Source: a virus (taxonomy: Duplodnaviria > Heunggongvirae > Uroviricota > Caudoviricetes). From it: a DNA stretch of 31,306 bases. Below are positions 18,238 through 28,265 of the stretch, piece after piece; the stretch's first letter is position 1, and each line of letters begins with the position of its first letter. The translations under genes and the position numbers were made by a program. Location: the IMG/VR virus record IMGVR_UViG_2585427737_000015, one strand, 5' to 3'. A model generated the notes under the pieces. The model made no database searches and was not told where the DNA came from. It worked only from the letters and a program-made list of their open reading frames with translations.

Positions 18238-18735
18238 TTAAGCCGGTACGCCGCCAGCGGTACGCCAGACGGTGACCAGTTTTTCCAGTGAATGCTCACG
18301 CTGACCGTAACCGGCACCCGGCAGGGACGCCCAGATATTGCGACAGCGTGAAATAGCGCGCTCAATGCGTCCCGCCCGGATGTCATCCAGTGCACCGCGT
18401 TCGCGGATCAACTGAATGGCGAGCCTGTCCTGTGACAACGGACTGAAATCCGGCAGGGCAAGCTGTTTGCGGTAGTGCGGCCAGAACAGGTAAAGCTGCT
18501 GATAGCGACCGGATGCCGTGGACTTTTCACCGCGACGGTTAAACACCTTCGCCGGTCGGCCATGCGCGAACGGGTGGTCACTGTAGTCGGTGAAAATTTC
18601 CGGCTTCCCGTCCAGTCCGGTGACTATCACGTCATAGCCCCGGTTTTTCGTCAGCGGATGATTCGCCGTCCCTTCGGACACGGCCAGCATGTCGAGAAAG
18701 GCGGCAATATTCTGATGCGTGTTAATTACCGGCAT
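18238..18735 (-). CDS. K: Endolysin gpK (165 aa)
   Basis: ORF track; P2 length and order after holin Y. Confidence 0.85.
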   Translation of the reverse strand: MPVINTHQNIAAFLDMLAVSEGTANHPLTKNRGYDVIVTGLDGKPEIFTDYSDHPFAHGRPAKVFNRRGEKSTASGRYQQLYLFWPHYRKQLALPDFSPLSQDRLAIQLIRERGALDDIRAGRIERAISRCRNIWASLPGAGYGQREHSLEKLVTVWRTAGGVPA

Positions 18736-19016
18736 TACGGTTTCCCCCTGCCCTTAAAGCGGCGCTGAATGGCAATCTCAATCACCTGATAACCGGCGAT
18801 ACCCAGCATGGAGCCAATGCCGCACACCGCAGGCAGTGACATGTCAGGAAACTGCACCAGAACAACACCGGCAACCATCGAGACAAAACCACCGAGCAAC
18901 ATGCGCCCGATAAACAGACGCGGGGTGATGGGTTCACCACCGGCAAGCACCTTGCCGACAACAATCAGCACCCCAATCATGAAAAGCGACAGGACGCTTT
19001 TTTCTTCTGCTGTCAT
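18735..19016 (-). CDS. Y: Holin gpY (93 aa)
   Basis: ORF track; small protein with transmembrane segments; P2 length. Confidence 0.85.
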   Translation of the reverse strand: MTAEEKSVLSLFMIGVLIVVGKVLAGGEPITPRLFIGRMLLGGFVSMVAGVVLVQFPDMSLPAVCGIGSMLGIAGYQVIEIAIQRRFKGRGKP

Positions 19017-19019
19017 GCG

Positions 19020-19223
19020 TTACTCCCACAGATTGACAGTTTCAGCCACGGGCGCGGTCTGAACGTCGGGCAGTTCGACGGCGGTGCCGTGTGGCAGCAC
19101 CGCACCCAGTTCAGACAGTCCCGGATTTGCGGCGAGCACGGTCTCAACCACGCCCTCAGTGCGCCCGTAATACCGGACACAAATGGCGTCGAGCGTGTCG
19201 CCCTGTAGCGCAAAGGTCTTCAT
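19020..19223 (-). CDS. X: Tail protein gpX (67 aa)
   Basis: Internal Met of ORF 19020..19292: MKTFALQGDTLDAICVRYYGRTEGVVETVLAANPGL... matches P2 gpX; ATGA overlap with the L stop. Confidence 0.8.
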   Translation of the reverse strand: MKTFALQGDTLDAICVRYYGRTEGVVETVLAANPGLSELGAVLPHGTAVELPDVQTAPVAETVNLWE

Positions 19224-19732
19224 CAGATTTGACTCACGATGCAGCGCGGCTTGTCCTGGATACGCGCCACCGCCCAGCGCATATCCCGCCACAGTTCATC
19301 AATGGTGCTGTCAATGCTGTCAGCCTTCTTGTCACCTTTCGCACTGGCATCCACGCCGCGGTAACGCTCATAAAGCGACGCGGTCGCCATCGCACACACG
19401 GCGCGCTCGTAGTAAAAAACTTTGATGCTTTCACCGTCGATGTCGTCCGCCGGGACGTCCGCCAGACGCGTAAAACCGGCGGCAATTTTCTGTTCGCGGT
19501 ACTCGTACAGCTCCGCATTTGTCTCCGCCATGCCTGACTTGATGGCCTCACGCAGACGGGCGGGGGCGACGGTCTGCTCAAGGCGCATACGTTCCCGGAC
19601 GCGCTTCGGGTCGATATCGGGAAAAAAGAACGTGTTTTTAATCACCGGCTCGTCGCCTGCCGGTTGCGGGATGACCACCGTACCCTCACCGGACACGGGA
19701 GCCTCCTTTCGCGGAATAATCAGCGTCATCAT
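19223..19732 (-). CDS. L: Head completion/stabilisation protein gpL (169 aa)
   Basis: ORF 19223..19792; start placed at the MMTLIIPRKEAPVSGEG Met pair to match the 169-aa P2 gpL. Confidence 0.8.
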   Translation of the reverse strand: MMTLIIPRKEAPVSGEGTVVIPQPAGDEPVIKNTFFFPDIDPKRVRERMRLEQTVAPARLREAIKSGMAETNAELYEYREQKIAAGFTRLADVPADDIDGESIKVFYYERAVCAMATASLYERYRGVDASAKGDKKADSIDSTIDELWRDMRWAVARIQDKPRCIVSQI

Positions 19733-19831
19733 GACTACCTCTGAAAAGTCGGGCGGTGGACGCCGGTGCAGTGTCAGGTGATTCACCCTCACTGACCGGC
19801 GTGCCGCCCTGGCGCGGGGCGCATTCGGTTG

Positions 19832-20575
19832 TTAACTGGCTTTCTTTTTCGGGCGTCCACGTTTTGCCGGTGTCGCACTCCGGCTCTTACGCGTGGCACG
19901 GGTGGCCGCTTTGGGTTGCGGCTCCGGCTTCGGTTTCAGTTCCCGCTCCAGTCGTTCAATCTCTTTTTTGACGCCTGCCTGACAGTCGAGCTGTGTCGCA
20001 CGTTGCAGGTGCGCCAGCGCACCTGCGGCATCACCAGTGTCACGCAGAAACAGACCGGTGATTTTGTGCAGCTTTGCGCGCACTTCATCAGGCATGTCAG
20101 CAGCAGCGGTCAGTTCAAGGGTGTCCGTCAGCAGTCGGATATCCACGGATTCACCGGCAGCGTGAGCGCGCATGGCCGCAAGCGCCACCTCCTCGGTGAA
20201 CATGTACGGCGGGGTGCGGCGGTGTTTACCCGGCATGGTCAGCCCGTACTTCAGGGCATAACGGGCAATCTCCAGCGCACCGGCAATATCGCCGGTATCC
20301 AGACGCCACAGCATGACCGTCATCAGAATGTCATCCTGTGCACCTTTGCCCTGCTCCAGCACGCCGTTCACCCACGGCAACCAGAACGGCAGCAGTTCGC
20401 GTTTTTTCGCGGCCTTCAGCTCTTTTGAATAAATCGCTTTCAGTGTGCGCTGGTCTGCGGCCAGCTTGACCAGCATCTGCTCATAGACAGTTGCATGTCG
20501 CAGCGGGGCGGCTTCCCGCTGCGCGGTCATCGCTGCCGAGACCCGCATCATGTGGCGCTGTGCGGGACTCGTCAT
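19832..20575 (-). CDS. M: Terminase endonuclease (small) subunit gpM (247 aa)
   Basis: ORF track; P2 length and order; basic C-terminal tail. Confidence 0.85.
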   Translation of the reverse strand: MTSPAQRHMMRVSAAMTAQREAAPLRHATVYEQMLVKLAADQRTLKAIYSKELKAAKKRELLPFWLPWVNGVLEQGKGAQDDILMTVMLWRLDTGDIAGALEIARYALKYGLTMPGKHRRTPPYMFTEEVALAAMRAHAAGESVDIRLLTDTLELTAAADMPDEVRAKLHKITGLFLRDTGDAAGALAHLQRATQLDCQAGVKKEIERLERELKPKPEPQPKAATRATRKSRSATPAKRGRPKKKAS

Positions 20576-20578
20576 CGG

Positions 20579-21652
20579 TTACGCTCCCGGCTCTGCGGTC
20601 GCTTTAGCCGGTGTGGAGAAATCACCGACCTTAATTTTTTCCACCAGACAACCGGCGGCGTAGTCCTCCACCACGTAATCAATGTTCATTGACTCGTAGT
20701 TCTCCACGCGGTCGAGTTTCGGGTTTTCCTCAATCACGCGGCGATGGCTGTCATCCATGTAGTAGATGGACAGGTTTTCCAGCTTCGTGATGAGCATCGC
20801 ATCTGCCGGGAAGTACGGGACGCGCACTGCCGGCAGGTTACCGATGCGTTTCTGGCTGATGATGACGTCAGCGGCCAGCATTTCGCTGTTGTCCTGCTCC
20901 TTGTTGACGATGGGGAAATACTTGTCCGCCAGTAGCTGACGCCCCACAATCACCACAAGGTCAGGATCTTCCTGATACCAAGGTTCAATCAGGTTGTTGG
21001 TCGCATCCATCACCAGTGCATCGAGGCTTACATAATCACCGCCCTTACCCACGCGGATGACCTCAGAGGTCGTGTGACCTTCCTCGTCAGTAACCTTGCT
21101 CATCACGCGCGCCGGGGCTTCATTGCGGTATTTCTGCAGCCAGCCGACCGCCACATCCTGCAGCATCTGGTTACTGCTGCGGTCAGAGGTTTCGGCACGC
21201 CTCACGCCGTTAAAACCGGCCATGATTAAATCAAGGGACTGGCGTTTGATAATGGCGTTACGGATACGGAGCTGGAAATCCTGATAACGCGCCCACAGGT
21301 CCAGCGTTTTGTAGCGGATATAAAAATCGAAGTTAATCTGGTCGCATTCGTACTTGTTTGACGCCAGCTTCGAGAAGTCCTTCGGCTGACGCTCGGTGCC
21401 ACCGGCGGTGTCGGTGGTGCTGGCGATGGAGCCGGTGACACCAATACCAATTTTTTCCCCTTTCATTTCGCTGACCGGCACAATGTTGATGCGGGTCAGA
21501 AAGTCAGAGGACTCCTGCATGGTGTTCATCAGGGTCTGGGTGACCGACGGTTCAACGGTGAATTTTTTCGACACATCACCGGCGTCGATGCCGTTCAGTT
21601 CGGCAACACGGGACAGGTAGGCATTAAATTTAAAGCGGGTTTCCTGGCGCAT
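20579..21652 (-). CDS. N: Major capsid protein gpN (357 aa)
   Basis: ORF track; P2 length and order. Confidence 0.88.
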   Translation of the reverse strand: MRQETRFKFNAYLSRVAELNGIDAGDVSKKFTVEPSVTQTLMNTMQESSDFLTRINIVPVSEMKGEKIGIGVTGSIASTTDTAGGTERQPKDFSKLASNKYECDQINFDFYIRYKTLDLWARYQDFQLRIRNAIIKRQSLDLIMAGFNGVRRAETSDRSSNQMLQDVAVGWLQKYRNEAPARVMSKVTDEEGHTTSEVIRVGKGGDYVSLDALVMDATNNLIEPWYQEDPDLVVIVGRQLLADKYFPIVNKEQDNSEMLAADVIISQKRIGNLPAVRVPYFPADAMLITKLENLSIYYMDDSHRRVIEENPKLDRVENYESMNIDYVVEDYAAGCLVEKIKVGDFSTPAKATAEPGA

Positions 21653-21710
21653 AGTTTTTCCTGAAATTAAGGGTTAATCGTGAAGGTTTTCCCGGACTGA
21701 CTGACGCCGG

Positions 21711-22565
21711 TCAGCAGTTCGTCATCAGGGCGTCACCGCCACCACCGGTGGCCTTGCTGCGGCGCTGCTGGGTCAGACTTTCGGTGTGGTCGAGACTGTT
21801 TTTCAGGCGGGTGAATGCCTGACTGGTTTCATCCGCCCTGTCAGTCACATCCTGCTTAAGTGCGGAAAAGGCGGTTTCCATCTCAGCGAGTCGCTGCTCA
21901 GTGGCGCTCAGCTTTTCCTGCACATGTTCAGCAACAGCGGTCACCGCTTCATGCACGTCATTCAGACGGGCGTCATCGCTGGCCTGTTTGCGGCCAAAAA
22001 TGGATTTCACCTTTTCGGTCAGGGCGGTGAACACGGTTTCAGGCAGGTCTTCAAATTCCAGCTCAACAGGCGTTGCCACTGAAATCAGGTTTTCAGGGCT
22101 TAATTTGAAGCGGTTCAGGGGGTTGTGTTTTGCCGTGCGGCAGAATTCCAGGTATTCCGTGCCGAGGCTTGCCGGGTCATCGGTGACGGCCAGCCCCACC
22201 AGATAACATTTGCCGGTGTTGGCAAAGTTCGGCTGAATTTCCATTGAGGTATAGACCTTCTGCGCGGCCTTGTTCATCGCGATAAGGTCATCGGTCGGGG
22301 TGATTTTCGCAAACAGCGCCCATTTGCCTTTCAGCGCCGAATCATCGTCAATCTTTTCGGCCTTCAGTTCGGCCACATCGCCATAACGTTTAAAAATGCC
22401 GTCAGGCAGGATGCCGCGCAGATGTTCCAGGTTAATACGGCAACCATAGACTCGCGGGTCAAAGGTTTCGGCCATTTCCTGAATATCCTGCGCACTGATG
22501 ACACGCCCGTCACAGGTGTCACCCTCAACGCCGATACGAAAGAATTTTGAGACTTTTTTTGCCAT
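21711..22565 (-). CDS. O: Capsid scaffolding protein gpO (284 aa)
   Basis: ORF 21711..22631; start placed at MAKKVSKFFRIGVEGD to give the 284-aa P2 length. Confidence 0.82.
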   Translation of the reverse strand: MAKKVSKFFRIGVEGDTCDGRVISAQDIQEMAETFDPRVYGCRINLEHLRGILPDGIFKRYGDVAELKAEKIDDDSALKGKWALFAKITPTDDLIAMNKAAQKVYTSMEIQPNFANTGKCYLVGLAVTDDPASLGTEYLEFCRTAKHNPLNRFKLSPENLISVATPVELEFEDLPETVFTALTEKVKSIFGRKQASDDARLNDVHEAVTAVAEHVQEKLSATEQRLAEMETAFSALKQDVTDRADETSQAFTRLKNSLDHTESLTQQRRSKATGGGGDALMTNC

Positions 22566-22738
22566 TGTCAGGAGTCCTGAATAGTGATTAGAGGAGTCAC
22601 ATGTCGGCATCAGTTTCCCGACGATGCGCATCCTCCGCCATCAGTCCCGGATGGCTTATCACTGACACAACAGCACCTTAGCGAATCGCGGGGCGCGACT
22701 CAGTAGCCTTGCCGTGTATTCATCACGGCGAGGTATTC
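22566..22738. promoter_or_regulatory. Divergent late-promoter region (P_O leftward, P_P rightward) by synteny
   Basis: Intergenic space between divergently oriented O and P, as in P2. I could not find exact Ogr-type TGT-N12-ACA dyads by eye, so this is positional inference only. Confidence 0.35.
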
Positions 22739-24511
22739 ATGACCATCACCACAGACACCACTCTTTTACACGACCCGCGTCGTCAGGCGGCGCTGCTGTA
22801 CTGGCAGGGATTTTCCGTGCCGCAGATTGCCGCCATGTTGCAGATGAAACGCCCGACGGTGCAGAGCTGGAAACAGCGCGACGGCTGGGACAGCGTTGCC
22901 CCCATCAGCCGTGTCGAAATGAGCCTGGAAGCGCGGCTGACCCAGCTCATCATCAAACCGCAGAAAACCGGCGGTGACTTCAAGGAAATTGACCTGCTGG
23001 GACGCCAGATTGAACGACTGGCACGGGTAAATCGCTACAGCCAGACCGGCAACGAGGCAGACCTTAATCCGAACGTCGCTAACCGCAACAAAGGCGGGCG
23101 TCGCAAACCGAAAAAGAATTTTTTCAGTGACGAAGCCATCGAAAAGCTGGAGCAGATTTTCTTTGAGCAGTCTTTCGACTATCAGTTGCACTGGTATCGC
23201 GCCGGGCTTGAGCACCGCATCCGCGATATCCTGAAATCCCGCCAGATTGGCGCGACGTTTTATTTTTCCCGCGAGGCGCTGCTGCGCGCCCTGAAAACCG
23301 GCCATAACCAGATTTTTCTGTCGGCCAGTAAAACGCAGGCGTATGTGTTCCGTGAATACATCATCGCCTTTGCCCGGCTGGTTGACGTTGACCTGACCGG
23401 TGACCCGATTGTCCTGGGCAATAACGGCGCAAAACTGATTTTTCTCGGCACCAACTCCAACACCGCGCAGAGCCATAACGGCGACCTGTACGTCGATGAG
23501 ATTTTCTGGATCCCGAATTTTCAGGTACTGCGTAAGGTGGCATCAGGTATGGCCTCACAGAGTCACCTGCGCTCGACCTATTTCTCCACCCCGTCCACGC
23601 TGGCGCACGACGCCTACCCGTTCTGGTCGGGTGAACTGTTCAACCGGGGACGCGCCAGCGCCGCCGAACGCGTGGAAATCGACGTCAGTCATAACGCCCT
23701 TGCCGGAGGTCTTCTCTGTGCGGACGGCCAGTGGCGGCAGATTGTCACCATTGAGGACGCCCTGAAAGGTGGCTGCACGCTGTTCGACATTGAGCAGCTC
23801 AAACGTGAAAACAGCGCCGACGATTTTAAAAACCTGTTCATGTGTGAATTTGTTGACGACAAGGCGTCAGTGTTCCCGTTCGAGGAGCTGCAACGCTGCA
23901 TGGTCGACACGCTGGAAGAATGGGAAGACTATGCGCCGTTTGCCGCCAATCCGTTCGGCTCCCGCCCGGTATGGATTGGTTACGACCCGTCACACCGTGG
24001 CGACAGCGCCGGATGCGTGGTGCTGGCACCGCCGGTGGTGGCCGGTGGCAAATTCAGAATACTTGAGCGTCACCAGTGGAAAGGCATGGATTTTGCCACT
24101 CAGGCGGAATCCATCCGCAAACTCACCGAAAAATACAACGTCGAATACATCGGTATTGATGCCACCGGCCTCGGTGTCGGCGTGTTCCAGCTCGTGCGCT
24201 CGTTCTATCCCGCCGCGCGCGATATCCGCTACACGCCGGAAATGAAAACCGCAATGGTGCTCAAGGCAAAAGACGTTATTCGCCGTGGCTGTCTGGAATA
24301 CGACGTCAGCGCCACCGACATCACCAGCTCGTTTATGGCTATCCGCAAGACCATGACCAGCAGCGGACGCAGCGCCACCTATGAGGCCAGCCGCAGCGAG
24401 GAAGCCAGCCACGCCGACCTCGCATGGGCGACCATGCACGCTCTGTTAAATGAGCCACTCACCGCCGGTATCAGCACCCCGCTGACATCCACCATTCTGG
24501 AGTTTTACTGA
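22739..24511 (+). CDS. P: Terminase ATPase (large) subunit gpP (590 aa)
   Basis: ORF 22709..24511; start placed at MTITTDTTLLHDPRRQAALLYWQG to give the 590-aa P2 length. Confidence 0.88.
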   Translation: MTITTDTTLLHDPRRQAALLYWQGFSVPQIAAMLQMKRPTVQSWKQRDGWDSVAPISRVEMSLEARLTQLIIKPQKTGGDFKEIDLLGRQIERLARVNRYSQTGNEADLNPNVANRNKGGRRKPKKNFFSDEAIEKLEQIFFEQSFDYQLHWYRAGLEHRIRDILKSRQIGATFYFSREALLRALKTGHNQIFLSASKTQAYVFREYIIAFARLVDVDLTGDPIVLGNNGAKLIFLGTNSNTAQSHNGDLYVDEIFWIPNFQVLRKVASGMASQSHLRSTYFSTPSTLAHDAYPFWSGELFNRGRASAAERVEIDVSHNALAGGLLCADGQWRQIVTIEDALKGGCTLFDIEQLKRENSADDFKNLFMCEFVDDKASVFPFEELQRCMVDTLEEWEDYAPFAANPFGSRPVWIGYDPSHRGDSAGCVVLAPPVVAGGKFRILERHQWKGMDFATQAESIRKLTEKYNVEYIGIDATGLGVGVFQLVRSFYPAARDIRYTPEMKTAMVLKAKDVIRRGCLEYDVSATDITSSFMAIRKTMTSSGRSATYEASRSEEASHADLAWATMHALLNEPLTAGISTPLTSTILEFY

Positions 24512-25545
24512 TGAGCAAGAAAAAAGGGAAAACACCGCAACCTGCGGCAAAAACAATGACCGCCAGCGCCCCGAAAATGGAAGCATTCACCTTTGGTGAG
24601 CCGGTGCCGGTACTCGACCGCCGTGACATTCTGGATTACGTCGAGTGCATCAGTAACGGCAGATGGTATGAGCCACCGATCAGCTTTACCGGTCTGGCAA
24701 AAAGCCTGCGTGCTGCCGTGCATCACAGCTCACCGATTTACGTTAAACGCAATATTCTGGCCTCGACATTTATCCCGCATCCGTGGCTTTCCCAGCAGGA
24801 TTTCAGCCGCTTTGTGCTGGATTTTCTGGTGTTCGGTAATGCGTTTCTGGAAAAGCGTTACAGTACCACCGGTAAGGTCATCAGACTGGAAACCTCACCG
24901 GCAAAATATCCCCGCCGTGGCGTGGAGGAGGATGTTTACTGGTGGGTGCCGTCCTTCAACGAGCCGACACCTTTCACGCCCGGCTCCGTGTTTCATCTGC
25001 TGGAGCCGGATATTAATCAGGAGCTGTACGGCCTGCCGGAATATCTCAGCGCCCTTAACTCTGCCTGGCTGAATGAGTCAGCCACGCTGTTCCGCCGCAA
25101 GTATTACGAAAACGGCGCACATGCCGGATACATCATGTACGTCACTGATGCCGTGCAGGATCGCAACGATATCGAAATGCTCCGCGAAAACATGGTGAAG
25201 TCGAAAGGCCGCAACAACTTTAAAAATCTGTTTCTCTATGCCCCGCAAGGGAAAGCCGACGGCATTAAAATTATCCCGCTCAGTGAAGTGGCAACGAAGG
25301 ACGATTTTTTTAATATCAAAAAAGCCAGCGCCGCAGACCTGCTGGACGCGCACCGCATCCCTTTTCAGTTGATGGGCGGCAAGCCGGAGAACGTCGGGTC
25401 GCTGGGTGATATTGAGAAAGTGGCAAAGGTCTTTGTCCGCAATGAGCTTATCCCGTTACAGGACAGGATCCGCGAGATAAACGGCTGGCTCGGTCAGGAG
25501 GTCATCCGCTTTAAAAACTACTCACTGGACACTGACAACGGCTGA
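24511..25545 (+). CDS. Q: Portal protein gpQ (344 aa)
   Basis: ORF track; P2 length; TGATG overlap with the P stop. Confidence 0.88.
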   Translation: MSKKKGKTPQPAAKTMTASAPKMEAFTFGEPVPVLDRRDILDYVECISNGRWYEPPISFTGLAKSLRAAVHHSSPIYVKRNILASTFIPHPWLSQQDFSRFVLDFLVFGNAFLEKRYSTTGKVIRLETSPAKYPRRGVEEDVYWWVPSFNEPTPFTPGSVFHLLEPDINQELYGLPEYLSALNSAWLNESATLFRRKYYENGAHAGYIMYVTDAVQDRNDIEMLRENMVKSKGRNNFKNLFLYAPQGKADGIKIIPLSEVATKDDFFNIKKASAADLLDAHRIPFQLMGGKPENVGSLGDIEKVAKVFVRNELIPLQDRIREINGWLGQEVIRFKNYSLDTDNG

Positions 25546-25550
25546 ACATC

Positions 25551-25572
25551 GCCGCCTGCGGGCGGCTTTTTT
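25551..25572 (+). terminator. Rho-independent terminator of the P-Q operon
   Basis: GCCGCC-TGCG-GGCGGC hairpin (25551-25566) followed by TTTTTT (25567-25572), 5 nt after the Q stop. Confidence 0.75.
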
Positions 25573-25714
25573 ACCCCCCGTCATCACGCCCTCACACGCT
25601 CACCACCGCACAAAACAGCCCGCAGACACACCAACGCCCCGGCGCACAATCTAAACGCCATCACGACGCGCTCAGACGCTGAAAAAATAAAATCAGCACC
25701 CCCGCCAGCGCGCA

Positions 25715-25733
25715 GTGCTTTCCCCGCCTCGCC
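25715..25733. other. cos site (19-nt cohesive-end sequence), internal to the prophage
   Basis: GTGCTTTCCCCGCCTCGCC is the reverse complement of the P2 cohesive end GGCGAGGCGGGGAAAGCAC as I recall it; correctly placed just beyond Q. Confidence 0.75.
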
Positions 25734-26048
25734 CGCCCGCTTCATGGGGCGGTTTTAATGCAGTTGCATGATGAAACTGAAATCACATCAGCACTGACCG
25801 AAACTGACAAAAAGAATAGTATCTGACACATGCAAAAACACGCACTTAATATACGCCTATCTATAGCTCCTACAGGATTGTCAAAAAACGACCAACTCGT
25901 CATAGCGTAAACACATTTGGCTCAACGAACACTTACGTTATATGCCTCTTGCACATATCAAAGTCTTAAGGTAGATCTTTACCACTAAGTGGCTATATTA
26001 AGCTGCTTTTTTACATACAATAAAAGCTTTATCGTATGAGGCATAAAA

Positions 26049-28265
26049 ATGGAACTTAGATTAAAAAATGTTACCAGTTATAAGAAAGACGCCTTCACAA
26101 TACTGAATCTTGAAAAAAGAGTAAACATACTATACGGCCAAAATGGTTGTGGCAAATCTACCATTTCAAATTATTTCTACGACTCTACACACACAGATTA
26201 TAACGAGTGTGAATGTACCCTTCTTGACAATTACAAACCTCTTGTTTACAACACTAAATTTATTGAAGATAATTTCTACAATGCACAGGAACAAAAAGGT
26301 GTTTTTACATTAAGTAAAGAAAATGCAGATATTGAAAAACAATTAATTAAAAAAGAAGCAATTAAACAGCAACTTACAGAGCAATATAGACAAAAAAAAG
26401 GAGTGTTATTGAAATTAGAAGCAGAAATGGAAAAAAAAGAAAATGAATACATCGAATCGATCTGGAAAAAAACAGAACCAATCAGAAACTCTGTACTAAA
26501 AATCTTAATGAAAGGTAAAGTTGGCTATAAAAGACCTTTTTTTGAGATGATAAAATCATCCTCACCAATCACCTTTATTAATTTAAATGATATAGCAAAA
26601 GAATACTCTATACTATTAGAAAATAGAAACAATGAAACCGCATTAATAACTCCTTTACACCCATATACCCCATCAATTGATGATGTAAATACATTAGCAA
26701 CACCTATAATAGATACAAGCAATAGCTATTTATCAGAAACCATTAATAAACTTCATAATCTTGACTGGGTAAAAAAAGGTAAAGAACATTATTTAGACGG
26801 TTCTACATGTCCGTTTTGTCAGGAAAAAACTATTAGTCGCGAATTTTTAAATGCCCTTAAATCAATATTTGACGAAAGTTATTCAAAGAAAGTAAAACAG
26901 CTCTCAGATATAAAGTCAGTTTATGAGAAAAATACCATATATCATTTTAACGAAATACAAAACAATATATCATCATGTGCACTAATCAATGAGAAAGATA
27001 AAGAGATCATTATTTCCAATATTAAAATATTGCAAAACATTGCAGAAAAAAATTTAATAAACATTATTGATAAGATCAACAATCCATCAACATGCGTTAC
27101 ATTAGAAATTGATAAAGAACTAGAAAATCATGTTCAGGAAAGCATAGACGCTGTTAACAAAAAAATAAGAGACATAAATGATAAGGTTAAAAAACTCAAA
27201 GAGTATGAGAATAAAATCGGAAAACAAGTTTGGGGGGCTCTCCATGCTTTTTGCAGCGATGATTTAGAGAATTTATCCAAACACAAAGAAAAATTCTTTG
27301 ATATCAAAAAGAAAGTTCATGATGAATTAAATAATATTGAGCAACAAGGAAAAGAAAATAATCTCACAATAAAAGCATTGCGAGATAAAATATCTAACAT
27401 TGATTCTACGATAGACTCAATAAACACCCATTTAAAAAATCTAGGGATCTCTGGTTTTTGTATTGAAAAACATGCAGAAAGAAAAGATATGTACATTATA
27501 TCTCGACCAGGGCATACAAAAAACCAAAATGTTTATAGATCTCTTAGCGAAGGTGAAAAAACACTAATAACGTTTCTTTATTTTTTAGAGTGCTGTAAAG
27601 GTAAAACCGATAAAAATGATACCGATAGCAGGGATATTTTTATTGTTATTGACGATCCAATATCTAGTCTATCGCAAAACTATGTCTACGACATCGCATC
27701 AATTATTCATCACCACATTATAAAAAATGAATTAACAAAGAAGGTATTAATCCTTACTCACAATCTTTATTTCTTTCATGAACTTATTAAGCTATCTCCT
27801 AAAAGCAGAGAAGACAAACTATTTAAGAAAAACTATTATCTAGGTAGAGTAACGAAAAATGATTTTAGTATAATTACTGAAATACAAAAAAACAGCATAC
27901 AGAATGAATATCAATCTTTGTGGCAAATATTAAAAGATGCAAAAGATGGCAAAGCAAACAAAATCATAATACCTAATATTATGAGAAACATACTAGAATA
28001 TTATTTTGCATTTGTTCATAGAACAGATGCTCTACAAGATGAATTAACAAAGTTGGCACGCGACGATAGCAACAGTGATTTCAAAGCATTCTACAGATAC
28101 ATTAACAGAGGTTCTCACTCTGATGCGGTAAATATTACTGATATGGGCGACATAGACCCAGATAAATACCTAAAACAATTGAGAACAATATTTTCAGCTA
28201 CTGGTGACGAAATGCATTATTTAAAAATGATGGACGAACTAGAAGAGGAGAACGTTACCGCTTAG
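26049..28265 (+). CDS. Cargo gene at the P2 tin/old locus: 738-aa ABC/SMC-type ATPase with coiled-coil insert and CxxC zinc-hook-like motif plus a C-terminal putative nuclease domain; RloC/PrrC-like (AAA_13-type) candidate anticodon nuclease
   Basis: ORF track; Shine-Dalgarno GAGG before the ATG. Walker A ILYGQNGCGKST (aa 27-38), CPFCQ (aa 254-258) within Lys/Glu-rich coiled-coil sequence, signature-like LSEGEK (499-504), Walker B IFIVIDDP (530-537), LTHN (569-572), and C-terminal R646-x3-E650 ... H690 resembling the PrrC Arg-Glu-His triad. Strongly AT-rich by eye. Confidence 0.6.
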   Translation: MELRLKNVTSYKKDAFTILNLEKRVNILYGQNGCGKSTISNYFYDSTHTDYNECECTLLDNYKPLVYNTKFIEDNFYNAQEQKGVFTLSKENADIEKQLIKKEAIKQQLTEQYRQKKGVLLKLEAEMEKKENEYIESIWKKTEPIRNSVLKILMKGKVGYKRPFFEMIKSSSPITFINLNDIAKEYSILLENRNNETALITPLHPYTPSIDDVNTLATPIIDTSNSYLSETINKLHNLDWVKKGKEHYLDGSTCPFCQEKTISREFLNALKSIFDESYSKKVKQLSDIKSVYEKNTIYHFNEIQNNISSCALINEKDKEIIISNIKILQNIAEKNLINIIDKINNPSTCVTLEIDKELENHVQESIDAVNKKIRDINDKVKKLKEYENKIGKQVWGALHAFCSDDLENLSKHKEKFFDIKKKVHDELNNIEQQGKENNLTIKALRDKISNIDSTIDSINTHLKNLGISGFCIEKHAERKDMYIISRPGHTKNQNVYRSLSEGEKTLITFLYFLECCKGKTDKNDTDSRDIFIVIDDPISSLSQNYVYDIASIIHHHIIKNELTKKVLILTHNLYFFHELIKLSPKSREDKLFKKNYYLGRVTKNDFSIITEIQKNSIQNEYQSLWQILKDAKDGKANKIIIPNIMRNILEYYFAFVHRTDALQDELTKLARDDSNSDFKAFYRYINRGSHSDAVNITDMGDIDPDKYLKQLRTIFSATGDEMHYLKMMDELEEENVTA